From: Octopus vulgaris
Lineage: Eukaryota
Direction of reading: 5' to 3'
DNA length: 64,000 nucleotides
Assembly: GCA_951406725.2 (NCBI GenBank)
Contig: OX597831.1
Location: 26,412,001 to 26,476,000, forward strand
Part shown: positions 48,913 to 63,841 of the stretch, in pieces
How positions within the stretch are numbered: position 1 is the first letter of the stretch
Layout: the number at the start of each line of letters is the position of its first letter
Translations under genes and position numbers: made by a program
The notes under the pieces: generated by a model
Database searches by the model: none
Told to the model about the DNA's origin: nothing
Seen by the model: only the letters and a program-made list of their open reading frames with translations

Positions 48913-51881
48913 GTATTTTTTAAGTTCTGTATGAAGTGTGTCAGCAATATTTTTGTTTGTTTTCCAAGTACACAATGGTAATAGATGGGCTGAGAAACAC
49001 AAGGCTAGATATCGACAATCATGCAATCGTAGCTTTTAAGTCCAAGACATTATTTTAAACTGAGTTTCCCCCCTCTGAAGTTGTCATAAAAAAACAATTG
49101 TAACGCACAGTAAAATTTTATTCAAATAACAATCTCACCAGCAATCTCATCAGCAACCAATAGATTTAGAAAATAAATTTGACTTCACTCAAAGCATCGC
49201 ACACTCCTCTGCTCTACATCCCAACCATATCAAATCAAATATACACAACTACAAATTATTTGTGATGGATGAAAAAATATCACTTAAATTAATACTGATG
49301 ACGATGGTGAACAAGAAAGACAAGTATAAAAGAAAGAAATGCTAATGAATTGAAAGTATGTAGCAATGTTATTTAATTCATTCCCTCACACGGACACACG
49401 GACACACACCAGGCACAAACATGCACATATACATGACAGTAAACTGGAGACATCAAGGTGAAACATTCATTTAGGCTGAGAGACAACCATTTACATGTGT
49501 GCGAGCATGTGTGTGTGCGTGTATATATATATATATATATGCATGTATGTATGTATGCATAGACATATACATTAAATAAAGCTAATTTGGAAAATTTGGT
49601 GAAATAATGAATAGTAAACAGCTTTCATACCTACACAAATGTATTTCATAGAATGCAAAATTAATTCAAATACTTATATTTCTTGATATACCTGCTAAAA
49701 CTAATTTAATACTTATCATTATGTGCATACCTGTGCATATATAATGTGTTTGTATGCAAGTACACACACACATATATATATATTATATCTTATACATATA
49801 TATTTATATTATACACACACACTCATATATATACTTATATATATATCTATATTATACATACATATACATGTATGTATGTATGTATGTATGAGAGAGAGAA
49901 TGTGTATGTAAATAGGAGTAAATATATGCTGATATATAGCTCTTAAGAAATACATATATGTGTGCATTAAGTAATGAAGACAAACACATTGGAAGCATGT
50001 GCAACTAGTATCGTCAAACACAGCTTCAGATTGCAATGTAAGAAGATTAGTACCAATAAAGCTCTTTAAATCTGTCCAAAAGTAAATATTTACATCTGCA
50101 GGTAAGCATTCCAAATTAAAATTTAATGGAAAAATATATCTTGCTTGTAATTTTATCAAATGTTTCAGCATTTATATTGCTTCAGTCTTAGAATAAACAT
50201 GCAAAGCGCTGACTAACCAATCATGTTGGAATTACACCACTGAAACTTAGGAAATGAGATACATTATCAAAGATCAGGAATTAAGTCCGTATTAATAAAT
50301 AAATTTCATTCTTCTGTCTTGTATTGCTTTATTTCATTAGACATGGATTTGGGGGCAGAGGTGAAGAGGCGGTCAACCAAACAGGCAGTGAAATTATTAA
50401 AATGGTTAAAGACAGGTGTAATTTTCTAAAATATCCTCAAACTAAGACTAATTTAAGAATCGTCTGATTCCAGATATATGTAAAATCCTAAACATTAATT
50501 TTGTTCTATGTCGAAATAGTTTACTTTACTTCATATTCTGTCAGCTCTGGCTGGTAATGAATATACTTTCCTCAATAAAAATAAGCTTATGAAGTGAACC
50601 TTATATTTCTTGATATACTTGCTAAAACTAATTTAATGGTTATCATTATGTGCATACCTGTGAATATATAATGTGTTTGTGTGAGTATACACACACACAC
50701 ACACATATATTATATCTTATACATATATCTTTGTTACATTGGCCATGATGAATTTCAATGTACCACATAGAATTCTTTACTGAAGAAGCAATGAGGATTT
50801 CTCTGATGAAGATTACAGCCCCAAAACAACAGAATTCCTTTTCACCCCAAATATCACAGAACTTACAAATCCACAAAATGTTGAAACCTTTATCTGTTAT
50901 CTTTAACTTATTTCAGTCATTAGACTGTGGTCATGCTTGGGCACTGCCTTGAAGAATTTTAGTCAAACAAATCAACTCCAGTACTTTTTTTTTTTAAAGC
51001 CTGGTGCTTATTCTACTGTTTGCAAATCACATGATTCTGGGTTCAGTCTGACTGTGTGTCACCTTGAGCAAGTCTGTTCTACTAACCAAGTGTCCTTTAA
51101 ACAGTATTATATCCTGTAGTCTCCCTACTTCGACCTCAGGACAATTTCATCTCAGCACTTTATACAAACAGAGCATACCCATTCTATAGTGTATTCCGTA
51201 ATCTCCCCATTAGAACTGTGGGATGATTTGATCTCAACCCCATAGTGTTTTCAGCCACTTAGGATTGTCTATGTATTAATCCTTTGATAAATAAAAATGA
51301 CCATGTTGAAACTTTGACAAACATCAAAGACCGAATCAAATTAACAAGAAAAAAAATAAACATCACCTTGCAATTTATACTCAAAACCACATTCAGTTAC
51401 ATGCAGATATTATCACCACATATCTACATACATACATACAACCATACACACACACACACACACACACACACTCGAGGCAGACCTTGAAGAGAGAGGGTAT
51501 GTCATTGATGAGGTCGCAAATAGCTACGAAAGGACTTTGACAAATAAGCAAACAACAGATTGATTGTTTAACGAACACATTAACCAATGAATTATTAAGA
51601 TGCAGAAAAAAAACATTTATTTTGAAGTCGTTCTCAGCATCTTCATCATGCATTGTTCTATGAATGTACAACCTGAACCTGCCATCACCAGAATTATTTT
51701 TGTATATATTATGTTCTTTAACCCTTCTGAGATACATGGTGTTTTAGTATGCGTAGCCAAAAAAGACTAAAATTTCTTTATTCTATTGAGATACATCTAC
51801 TGATTAGTTATTACACTTCAAAACCAACCATTCAGAGCATTTGTTCCATCAGGCCAACAGATCGACCTCAAAGTCCTTTCC

Positions 51882-52080
51882 TATTTCTTTATTGCCCACA
51901 AGGGGCTAAACATAGAGGGGACAAACAAGGACAGACAGAGGGATTAAGTCGATTACATCAACCCCACTGCATAACTGATACTTAATTTATCGACCCCGAA
52001 AGGATGAAAGGCAAAGTCGACCTCGGTGGAATTTGAACTCAGAACATAACAGCAGATGAAGTACTGCTAGGCATTTTGCC
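51882..52080 (-). mobile_element. SINE family B, 5'-truncated
   Basis: Family B body; flanks cctcaaagtccttt / cctcaaagaccttt (TSD). Confidence 0.88.
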
Positions 52081-52851
52081 TCAAAGACCTTTCAGCTTGT
52101 ATCACTTGGGTTGATCAATCGACCTGGCTGTCCCAAGAGGATTAATAGTAAAGCTACTCCATCTGATCACAGCTCAGTCATTTCAAAGTTTCCACTCTAA
52201 AGGAGGTACATGTTCAGTTGGTTATAATTTATTAACAGATTATATTCCATCCTGTGCTTTCAGTGACAGAAAATACATACTTTCCTATCCCATACCACCA
52301 CCACCACCATCACCACTACTACCAATAAACCAGCCCAACATTCACATCATCTCCAATCTATACAAATAACACCCCACAGCAATAATGACAATTCTCCAGA
52401 CAGAAATGACAAACACCAAATCAAAGAAGACTGTTGCATTCTAATAATTGTTTTAAATTCACTGACCTTTTCCAGCCAAGTAGCCCTTACTGAAACAGAG
52501 AAAACCGTTTCCTTAAGCAAGAGTTTAACTGTCTGAGCAAATTGAAAGATATCTAACCAAATTTCTGTGACAGTGAAGCTTCTGGCAAGAGAGATAATCT
52601 AAAGAATTCTTGACAGTGCAAGACTATTCACTGGTTTGAGTTTCAGGTAAATATATTTGTCAATATAATATGGATTTTCACAGTTTGCTTGTTTTTATTT
52701 TTTTGTTTTGTTTAGTTTTTATGTTTGTTTCTGAATATAGAATCTCCGCAAAAGAAACTTCATTAGAATAACTTAACTCATATGCAACCAATATCTAAAG
52801 CAAATATTCTAAAAAATATATCGTTTACAATAATTCTCATCATTAATTATA

Positions 52852-53253
52852 GGCGCAGGAGTGGCTGTATGGTGAGTAGCTTGCTTACCAACCACATGGT
52901 TCCAGGTTCAGTCCCACTGCATGGCACAATGGGCAAGTGTCTTCTACTATAGCCTCGGGCCGACCAAAGCCTTGCGAGTGGATTTGGTAGACGGAAACTG
53001 AAAGAAACCTGTTGTATATATGTATATATATATACATATGTATATGTTTGTGTGTGTGTGTTTGTCCCGTCCCCCCCCCCCAACATCACTTGACAACCGA
53101 TGTGTTTACGTCTCCGTAACTTAGCGGGTCAGCAAAAGAGACCAATAGAATAAGTACCAGGCTTACAAAGAATAAGTCCTGGGGTCAATTTGCTTGACTA
53201 AAGGCAGTGCTCCAGCATGGCCACAGTCAAATGACTAAAACAAGTAAAAGAGT
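52852..53253 (+). mobile_element. SINE family A, full length
   Basis: Head, internal microsatellite and tail all present. Confidence 0.92.
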
Positions 53254-53494
53254 ATTAATGGTTATTAATAGTGTCTTGCATGAAGCCAAACCCTTTAATT
53301 AGTAAAGTTTACAAAACTGTAGGAGTCTTTGTTACATTGGCCAAGATGAATTTCAATGTACCACATAGAATTCTTTACTGAAGAAGCAATGAGGATTTCT
53401 CTGAGGAAGATTACAGCCCCAAAAGAACAGAATTCCTTTTCACCCCAAATAGCAAACAACTTACAAATCCACAAAATGTTCAAACCTTTATCTT

Positions 53495-53955
53495 GATGCA
53501 ACAGGACATGGAAAGACCCAGGCTAGGAAATATCATTAAGAGAGCACATTCAAAATGAGATGTGAGCTACACATTCAAAATGAGATGTGAGCTATTACAA
53601 AGGGGATAGAACATCGATTGGCTATGATGCAACAGGCCATGGAAAGACCCAGGCTAGGAAGTATCATTAAGAGAGCACATTCAAAATGAGATAATTCAAG
53701 AGCAGAGCAGAGTGAACAGTGTGATTGCAGAGTAAGAAAAGCACAGACAGCTGCTGGACATGTGCCATTGCCGAGTGGTATCAAAGAAATTAGAAAAGGC
53801 CACTTGAAAGGCCATGATAATGGGAAGGTGATTTGGTCAAGCAGTTTGGGTCAAGATGGAAAAGAATGGCCCAATCATAACTGAACTGGAAATGTTTTGT
53901 GACCAGTGGTGTATAGCAGCATCTGATGGTCTGGTCAGTACTGTGATTGGCATGA
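53495..53955 (+). mobile_element. RTE-type LINE 3' remnant with a duplicated 5' junction
   Basis: Frameshifted LAMMQQAMERPRLG..LREHIQNEIIQEQSRV..AGHV..EWYQRN.KRPL; 53495-53570 duplicates 53625-53692. Confidence 0.7.
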
Positions 53956-54044
53956 CTACAAACAAACTCTCCTATATTATCAAGTTTAGTTATATCATTT
54001 CAGGAAAATATAATGAACATAGAGTTCAAAATAAGGAACTATAA

Positions 54045-54365
54045 CTGGCACCCAGTCGGTTACAATGATGAAGGTTTCAGTTGATTCAATCTATGGAAAA
54101 GAGAGCTTGTGAAATTAACATGCAAGTGGCTGAGTACTCCACAGACATATGTACTCTTAACATAGTTTTCAGGAAGAATCAGCATGACACAGAATGTGAT
54201 GAAGCTGGCCCTTTGAAATACACTGGCACAATTCAATTTTGCCGGCCAAATGAACTGGAGCAATGTAAAATAAAGGGTCTTGCTCAAGGACAGAATGCTC
54301 CACCAAGAATCCCAACCTTACAATCATGAGCCAAATATCCCTTAATCACTAAGCTAAATGCTTTT
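54045..54365 (-). mobile_element. SINE family D, degraded
   Basis: Reverse complement of 14728-15025; similar copies at 22140-22390 and 37730-37935. Confidence 0.75.
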
Positions 54366-55058
54366 ACAAAGAACTATATCAATAACTTTATTATCAGCTA
54401 AACCTTATACACTGGCTCATCAGTTTCCATTTAGGGCTGCTTATATAAAAAGTCAATTTCTTATTACTGGGTTTGTTATTTGAAATATTTGATCAAATAG
54501 AAAATGTTAATTAGAAAGATATTTTAAAAGTTAAAAACTATCAAAAAAAAAAATCAATGGTATTTGATTTTGTTTTTTTTTAAGTGCTCTTTTTAAAACA
54601 AAAAAAAAATTCTTGTAATCATTTCCTGAGTGTTTAGTTTTTCTTTTATTTTATTTCTGAAAGATCAATGTTTTAATTGCATCCACAACTCAATCAGATG
54701 AGCAATAACATTTACTAGACTTTCTCTTTTGCTATACTATTACTACCAATAACGCAACCATCAACATCATCACCACAACCACTGATAAAAATACCATCAA
54801 TAGTAACTACAAACAAAATGAATTTAGATATAAAGCAGGAGGTGGGGGGGGTCAATATTTATTTTTTTACAAGATGTTTTCCTTATTTGGTAAACTATCA
54901 CACACACACACACACATAAATACAGGCCATATACATTTCACATACACATAAATACTTCTTATACACATATATATATATATATACAACCCAAATATATATA
55001 TGTAGCCCAAAGACGCACACACACATAGCCTAAACACAAACAGCCCACAGACAGCCCA

Positions 55059-55098
<40 letters not shown>

Positions 55099-58000
55099 CG
55101 CAGCCCCAAAATACCCAAGCACACAAATATAGACATAGTCCAAACATAGAGACACACAGAGGAAAATATAAAATTTCTAGTTGAACTTCAGAACTTACGT
55201 TAAACAAGTAATTTCTGTCAAATTAAAGTGAATCCTCCTAAGTTTTTGGTGTCATTCAGCTCGATGAATGAGGACAAAATAGGTGATGACATACGGTAAC
55301 ACATACCTGATAGTCATTAAAATGATAACCTCTAGGAATACACAGCAATAAGTTCTCTGAAGCCACACACTAGTTTCATTTCATTTGGCAAAGGAACCCA
55401 TAATTAATATGAGGGTGGAGAGAAGTAATGAAAAAAAATAACACAACTACATAAACACCAACTTGTATAAAGTCTTCTGTATTGTAAATTAAATTAAGAC
55501 AATGCTTAGCTAGGTTAATTCCAAAATTTACAACTCTTCGTACAGACAGTTCAATAACATTCAATATATACATATATTCCAATACGAGGAACTTCCTGAA
55601 ATAACCAATCTATGAGTTAATATTAATCTCTTTTAAATATAATAGCAACAATTCAGTTACAATATGACTGATTAGATTGTCAATTTGTTATCAGAAATAG
55701 CTTTACTATAGAGTTGCAGAACTTCTCTCATTATCTTCAATTCTAGTTCAGAAACTATTTCATATTATGAAATATAGTTCATTTGGCAATCGTATGGTTG
55801 GTTTGGAGTCTGGTCTTGTAGTGTAGCATCTACTACCACAGCTTCAAATCAATCTATAGCTGTGGGTGAAATTACACAGATGGAAACTGTGTGAAAGTCT
55901 GCCAGATGGACCATACCTGTTCTTGAGTTGTAGATTTAATATGTCACCTAGTTTAGCATCACCACCTGGGTTTGGGAGTGGAGGGTGCTTTAACAGAGTT
56001 CCATTTATTTCAAGCATTTAGGAAAGTTCTTTTCTGGGGATAACTTAGCTTTTTAGCATTCAAACCACCCATATCCAGCCAAAATATTCTACCTGTTTTA
56101 CTGTTCAAACTGACCATATTTGGTCTTTAACACCTACCTTACATTGTAATTCTAAAAATAATCAATCACATCATTGAAATCTTGTGAATTTTGAGGCAAA
56201 GTATGACTAATACTAAACAATGTGAATAAATAAACATTACATTTGTCAGGAAAATCTGAATATGAAAAGTTTAATTTCCCACTGCTTCACCAACCCATGA
56301 TTTGCGGTTCCTTTTGATCTTTCCTCTACTAGTTAAGGAAGTACTTCCAAAATAACAAGAGCACAACCATTTCTCTTGTAAGTATATGGTGGTGATTGAA
56401 ATGAATAATTTTCTTTTTTTAACTAAGTTTTTTTTCCCTCCATTACTTAGTCCATCTGAAATGCTTTCATGCGATTAGTTGAAGAGAAAGGCAAAGAGCA
56501 AGAGAAAAAAGGGGGAGAAAGAAAAGGGACAGAGAAAAGGAGGGTAAGGCAGAGTGAGTGCTGTGTATTAAGTCTATAAAATTGTGCACAAAGTATATAA
56601 AAATCCATTTAGTAATCATCGGATTCCAATTTCTTTCACTTTTCAATGAGTAACAGATAAATGACTATCTCTTGATATGGACACAACACATGCTACACTT
56701 TCAGGTTTTTTGGATAGAGTTTTCAGAAATAGCTCAATAGGTGTACTGTTAATTCTGTGAAATATTCACGGATACCACTAGTATGTAATATTTTATTCTA
56801 AGGGGACTCGGTCCACTTATAATTCAGATAATAGGATATAGCAAAAGTTGACTTATGATGGGTTAACATCATGTCCAGAATGAGATTATTTAATACATAT
56901 AGATATGTCTGATTCACATGAAAAAGTTTTAGTTTATACAGACAACATTTAATAGTCCATAAACTGTATAGCACTTTCTGGAAATAACCATGAAGAGTTT
57001 GAACAGACATCTCTATTATTCTAAATATCAACCTAATTGGTATATCACAGGAGCAATTATGTCAAAGCCGATCAGATGAAAATAGATATTTGACAGCTTC
57101 TGAGCTCATTCTGCCTTCATTAACTTGAAATTTAGCACAAACTATTTCTCAGAACACTAGAATGTTTTGATAAGCCGACATACATTTATGTGAATTTAAA
57201 AAAAGATTCACAGTTTTTGACAGTAGAAGGAACTAATTTGGAGATCTCAACACTGAATTGCTAAAATATAAGAATGTGTCTATCAACAATCAGCAGAGCA
57301 TGCGTCAATTTTGAAGTATATGATTTCTGTATGTTACTCGAAACATAATAACAGTATTTCTGATTTTTGTAACGCTGACAGGTGGTTCTTTTGTACCATG
57401 ATTATTTACTTTAAATTAACAAGCCAAGTGTGTATATTATTTCATAACATGTATGGAGATATGAAGAATATCTCTGCAACTTCTTAACTGATGCAGTTTC
57501 AGTACAGTGTTTCATTTAGACTGATAATTTTGGCACCGAACGTTCTTCTTCATGATATCGTTCTTCATAATTGTATAAATTATACACGAGTTAACTATTC
57601 ACACAGTAAGTTAATGCATCTGATTTCAGAAATGAATATCAATTATCACTGCACTCAAATGTAATTTAGTAGTAGGAAAACATAAGGGAGTCCCTAAGGG
57701 ATCGTTAAATTAGCTAGAAATAGCAACAGAATTTCTCTTAGATCACACACAACTGTCCTTTTAAAAAAATGGTTGGATACATTAGATAATGTAGTCATAT
57801 AGGCAAAGGAGTGGCTGTGTGGTAAGAAGCTTAATTCTCAACCACATGGTTCTGGGTTCAGTCCCACTGTGTGGCACCTCAAGCTGACCAAAACCTTTAC
57901 TAAAACAGTGTAAAATCTTATTTATACTACATCCAAGGACTCCTGACCAACCCAATATACACTTAATAAATTTCTAGGCTCATTAATCTGACAAATTCTC

Positions 58001-58282
58001 AGTAAAACCCTATATTTCATATATCCAATTCACACAAGCTTAATTTCCTCTTTATGAGTCAATAGTAGCCCCTTCAATTTTAAATCACTGGTGACTATTT
58101 ACAAAGCCCTTTATTAGCTGAATATTTACAGATCTAACATGGTCTACCCATTACACACAAATACATTCTAGATTACATTGAAGTAAAAGCTATTGAATTT
58201 CTAAATGTTTACTAAAATTCTCTCCAACCATTTTCTCAACCTGCTGCCAAACATGTTCATTGTATACCAACTTCCAACAAAT

Positions 58283-58481
58283 AAGGCAGCGAGCTGGCAG
58301 ACACGTTAGCGCGCCGGGCGAAATGCTTAGCGGTATTTCGTCTGTTGTTACGTTCTGAGTTCAAATTCCACCAAGGTCGACTTTGCCTTTCATCCTTTCG
58401 GGGTCAATAAATTGACTTAATCCCTTTGCCTATCCTTGTTCATCCCCTCTATGTTTAGCCCCTTGTGGGCAATAAAGAAAT
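58283..58481 (+). mobile_element. SINE family B
   Basis: 19-bp TSD tataccaacttccaacaaa (58263-58281 / 58485-58503). Confidence 0.92.
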
Positions 58482-60553
58482 ATATATACCAACTTCCAAC
58501 AAACCCACTCAATGTATGTCTTGCTCTGCTTCTTTTACACTAAGCAACAATAAACACTCCTCCCAATCTATATTCTCAAAATATCTTCCTATCAACAACT
58601 AAGCTTAACCAGGATATGTGTGTGTGTCTGTGTCCATGTTTGCCCTCCACTATTGCTTGATAACTACTGATGATGTGCTTACATCCCTGTAACTTAGTGG
58701 TTCAGCAAAAGAGATTGACACAATAAGTACCAAGCTTAAAAAGAACTAAGGTTGATTCATCCAACTAATCTTCAAGGTTGAGCCCCAGCATGGCCAGTCT
58801 AATGACTGAAACAAGTAAAAGATAAAAGATGATAATTATATGAGCAGTAGACTTTATTCCTCACTCACTTTTAACACCACTTTCTAGCACCTTCAGTGCC
58901 TTTAGCAAAGTTCTCCCTGTTGCAAGCACTTAACCCTAATCTCCAGGTTTAAGATACTGTCCTCCTTTCATTTCCCAAGTGTTGGCATCCAAGAAAATAC
59001 ACCATATCAAATGTGCTCACCTATCAATCTGAAGTTTGAAAATACTACAATCAGTGCCACCACTTCACTTCGGATGAACTAAAAGATACATTTAGTCAAC
59101 AAAAAGGAGAAAAAATAACCAACACTGAAAATTGAACTTTCAATCCTTATTCCTTTGAGAGTTTTCTAAAAAAATTTTCATCCATAGAACAAGAATTGAT
59201 TATTAGAAATAAAATGTTTAATCAAAATATTAGAATAAAGAAATCAATTAAAGATTACGACTAGAAAAGTTTTACTAAGAGGTTTTAGCAAAACTGCAAA
59301 TAGCCAGCAATATAACAGCAGCGTTGCTTTTGTTGAGTCAATAAAAACACACTCAATACAATAATTCTAACATTCTGTAGTTCAGGTTTACCTCCTGGGT
59401 GAATGTAAACTGATGAATAAATAGTAATCTCAACTGTACACAGAGATTAAGGCATTAAGTTTGCCCTTAAGGATTAGGCATGCTTTCTTTCTGGGGCTGC
59501 TGCTTAATGAAAATATTTCTCAAATTTAAACCTGTTAAGAAGAATTGTTCGATTGTCAATCAATCAACTGTTCCATGTGTATACAGCTTTTATTATTTTA
59601 CCAGGATGAAAAATTTACAATAGATCAGGAAATTGAAATTGTACATTTAAATCTCATCTAGGTTGCTCAAGATCTATCTTCTTTCTAAAGTTGGCACTAT
59701 AATTTGTGGTACAATTTTCAACTATGCTATCAAATTATTAATCGATTTCTCTTTTTTAGAGAAAGAGGACAAATATTAAAAATCGGTTTTCTTCATCATT
59801 TCCCCTGGATCCACAGTACTGGCTGTGATTACAACTCAATACAAAGCGAGAGCACAAAGTTAATTTGATAAGATGCCTGAATCAAAACTTTGAAAGATGA
59901 GGCTAAACGAAAATCAGCCAATTAGAAGACAATAAACAATGCAATTCTGAACCAATCAAATCAAGCCTTGTTGAACTGTTAATTAACATAAGATGAATTA
60001 TAAATTGAATTAGACACTTTACAATCATGCATCCGAGACAGAAAAATGTCCACAGAACCACTGATTGGAACTGAACAATAATACAGCTCTTGTAGTCCAG
60101 ATGGCTTTGTAAACCATTACACCAAATTAATTATTCTCACATACTTTGTCTACTCAAATTAACCTTCATTAAGTGTCTCCACACAAATTACTCTGTCAAA
60201 TGTAATGCTTATTTATTCACATTGTTTTAAATTGATTATATATCATTTCATGTGAAATTTTGGTAATGTGGCTTTATAATTTTTAGAATGACATTTTTAC
60301 ATGCCAATTCCACATAAGCACCTGCATTGGTGCCACATAAAAGGCACCCAGTACACTTTGTAAATTGGTTGGTGTTAGGCATTCAGCCATAGAAACCATG
60401 CCAAATCAGACAAGTGCAGCCTAGTAAAGCTTTCCAGCTTCTTTCAAACCATCTAACCCATGCTAGCATAGAAAACGGACGTTAAATGATGATGATGATT
60501 GTAGGGGTAAGATGTGAGAAACTGGATTTGGCTAGTTTGAATATAAAAAATGT

Positions 60554-60717
60554 ACTCTTTTACTTCTTTCAGTCATTTGACTGTAGCCATGCTGGAGCAC
60601 CGCCTTTAGTCGAGCAAATCGACCCCAGGACTTATTCTCTTATGCCGAACCGCTAAGTTATGGGGACATAAACACACCAGCATTGGTTGTCAAGCGATGT
60701 AGGGGGTACAAACACAG

Positions 60718-60776
<59 letters not shown>

Positions 60777-60940
60777 TACGACGGGTTTCTTTCAGTTTCT
60801 GTCTACCAAATCCACTCACAAGGCTTTGGTCGGCCTGAGGCTATAATAGAAGACACTTGCCCAAAGTGTCACGCAGTGGGACTGAACCCGGAACCATGTG
60901 GTTGGTAAGCAAGCTACTTACCACACAGCCACTCCTGCAC
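60554..60940 (-). mobile_element. SINE family A nested in a TTAA MITE
   Basis: Reverse complement of family A; MITE end gctaaagggttaa at 60968-60980. Confidence 0.9.
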
Positions 60941-62914
60941 ATATGTAGAATATTTTGGCTGGATATGGCTAAAGGGTTAAATTATCACACAAAAGTTCCC
61001 TGCAGCATCTCAATGAATCAATGGGTTAGGGAAAATAAGTGACAATGATTTATTAGCTTTTAGAAGGAGACATTTGAAGTACTTTAATTAACCAAGCCAC
61101 CCAATCTTCTCCTACAAGTCGTGTCTGCTGCTCTCAATATCGTTTCCAGTATTTTTTCATAACCTTGCTACTTCAAAGAAGGAGTCATTGTATACTGTTT
61201 TGCCATATTAATTGGCAGCAAGGTAAAGAACTGTTGAGCTTCATTTTAAACCTTTGCGGGTCATAAATGAGAAATTTCAAGCTAATTGATGTGAAAGTGA
61301 AAACTTATAACAATTTAGAAGTATGAATTCTTAAGCAATAGGCTTTTGGTTTTATTGCTCCAGTACGTGTTAGATTGATTAAAAGATGCAGAACATGTCA
61401 GATTTATTTCAAAAGTAGTAAATATCAATTTGTAGGTTGAGCTGTGGAATAATTTATTAATAATATCACAACTACCTGAACTAGGTTATGTTGCATTGTG
61501 GGAAATTTTCTACCTGTTCATTCCTGAAATCAGTAATGTCACTGACAAATCTAATTATAGTTGGCATCACAGCATGTTTTTGAATTTTTTTATCCATATA
61601 AAAATCTCTCATTTATCATTTTCCTCTGGTTTCAGCTGCATTTTTTGTAAAAACGAATAACAGCAAATATTTTTGTATGGAGTTGATCATATTTGGTGAA
61701 AACTTTTTGAAGTCTGCATACTGTCTTTTACTCTCTTTTACTTGTTTTAGTCATTTGACTGTGGCCATGCTGGAGCACTGCCTTTAGTCGAGCAAATCGA
61801 CCCCAGGACTTATTCTTTCTAAAGTTCCCTGCAGCATCTCTGTGTCAATGACCCCGAAACCAAGGCTTAGTCTTTGCAGTGGAAGACCACAAAATTTCAA
61901 GACATCAAGGACATTCAGGAAAATGCTATGAGGCAGCTGTTCACTATCCCAAGGAACAGTTCCATCAATAGAAACAAAGCTGGGTAAAGTCTGTGGCTAC
62001 AGAAGAGGCTTACTCTGAAGGATATTAAATGCCAAATTGATATGCCCTGTAGTTTTCTTTTTAAGCACCAGTCTCAATACTTTTTCATCAGATCTCGTAT
62101 AAACCATGCTGAATGATAGCTACAAATGGTGACTTTTTTTTTTATTATATTTCCTGTTTAACAAGCCATCTGATAGCTCTGTATTTTTGAAGTGCACTGG
62201 AATAAGAGAAAATCCCTTACTTGAAAACAGGTGAGGATTACAGACTGTAAGAACATCTGATCATAAAAATCCTTCCTCGTTTATAGCCTCCATGTAAGCC
62301 ATGCTAGCATGAGAAAGCAATTGTACTGTGTAACATGATTTTCATCTATGGGTACCAACTGTTATTTCCTTTTTGCTTACTCCGAGAACATATGAAAAAT
62401 GGTTAATATTTCCTTCAAACTTAGTTTTAGCTACATTTATTCAAACCCCAAAGATCCCTCTCAACTACTTCAACTCCAATGCTCAACCAGTTCTTATTTT
62501 ATCAACCTCAAAAGGATTAAAGGTAATGTAGACCTTGGCAGAATTTGAACTCAGGAACTAAAGAACCAGAAGAAGCGCTGCTAAGCATTTTGACCAGCAC
62601 ACTAATGATTCTACCAGCTCACCACCTTTCAATTATTACACTCTGTAACATGGTTTTTGTCCTTAAGTAGCAGCTGTTATTTTCTATTTGCTTACCCCTT
62701 GAACATATGAAAAATACTTCAAATTTTGCTTTCGTTTAATTTATTCAAACCCCAAAGAATCCCTCTCAACACATGGCTCTGATGTTCCCCCACCACTCCT
62801 GCTTATGATCAGAGATGCACATATTGTCAGCCACTAAAGCAGGGGTGGCGTAGCATGTAAAAATTTCAAAAGAAAAAGATCCACAGGTGGATCACAAATT
62901 CTAACACTTACATA

Positions 62915-63087
62915 GGCACAGGAGTGGCTGTGTGGTAAGTAACTTGCTTACCAACCACATGGTTCTGGGTTTAGCCCCAGTGCATGGCAACTTGGGCAAG
63001 TGTCTTCTACTAGCCTCGGGCTAACCAAAGCCTTGTGAGTGGATTTGGTAGATGGAAATTGAAAGACGCCCGTTGTATATATGTATG

Positions 63088-63130
<43 letters not shown>

Positions 63131-63339
63131 ATATCTTTGTGTGTCTGTGTTTGTCTCCCCCAACATCGCTTGACAACCGATGCTGGTGTGTTTACGTGCC
63201 TGTAACTTAGCGGTTCGGCAAAAGAGACCGATAGAATAAGTACTAGGCTGACAAAGAATAAGTCCTGGGGTCAATTTGCTCAGCTAAAGGCGGTGCTCCA
63301 GCATGGCCGCATTCAAATGACTGAAACAAGTAAAAGAGT
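62915..63339 (+). mobile_element. SINE family A, full length
   Basis: Head, internal microsatellite and tail all present. Confidence 0.92.
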
Positions 63340-63788
63340 ATATCTGTGTAGGTCTTGTTTATATCTATGTATAATTCAATATACATAAATAAAGATAAGT
63401 TTAACACATTAAATTAATGCATAACATATTCATTAATACCACCACTGAATTTAAGATATTTATATTATTTATGAGGTATTCAATATTTTTCAGCTAGAGT
63501 GTAGCTGGGTCTCAAGGGGATAGTACAAACCTAGTAATATATGATTTATAGCGCAAACAAAATTTCCATTCAAATAGCAATTACCGGATGATTTTCTGTT
63601 CGAGTTAAAACATTCTAAGTTGTAGTGGAAACGTGACCTGTGTTGCAAATAGGCATACGAATATTGTATAAATTTCATAATCGAAAATTTACTATATTTT
63701 GTGCATATAAGTATATCAGCCTGAGGCGAAATGAAATGGGTTTGCAGGCGCAATTGCACCTATGGGCTAGGGTTTCCTCACCTCTGCA

Positions 63789-63841
<53 letters not shown>

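Noticed and set aside
55194-55340. Possible minus-strand exon ending at a gtaagt donor
   Set aside because: All three frames contain stops.
59810-59835. miR-2-like seed (aatcacagccag on the minus strand)
   Set aside because: No complementary arm to form a precursor hairpin, and the 3' half does not match miR-2.
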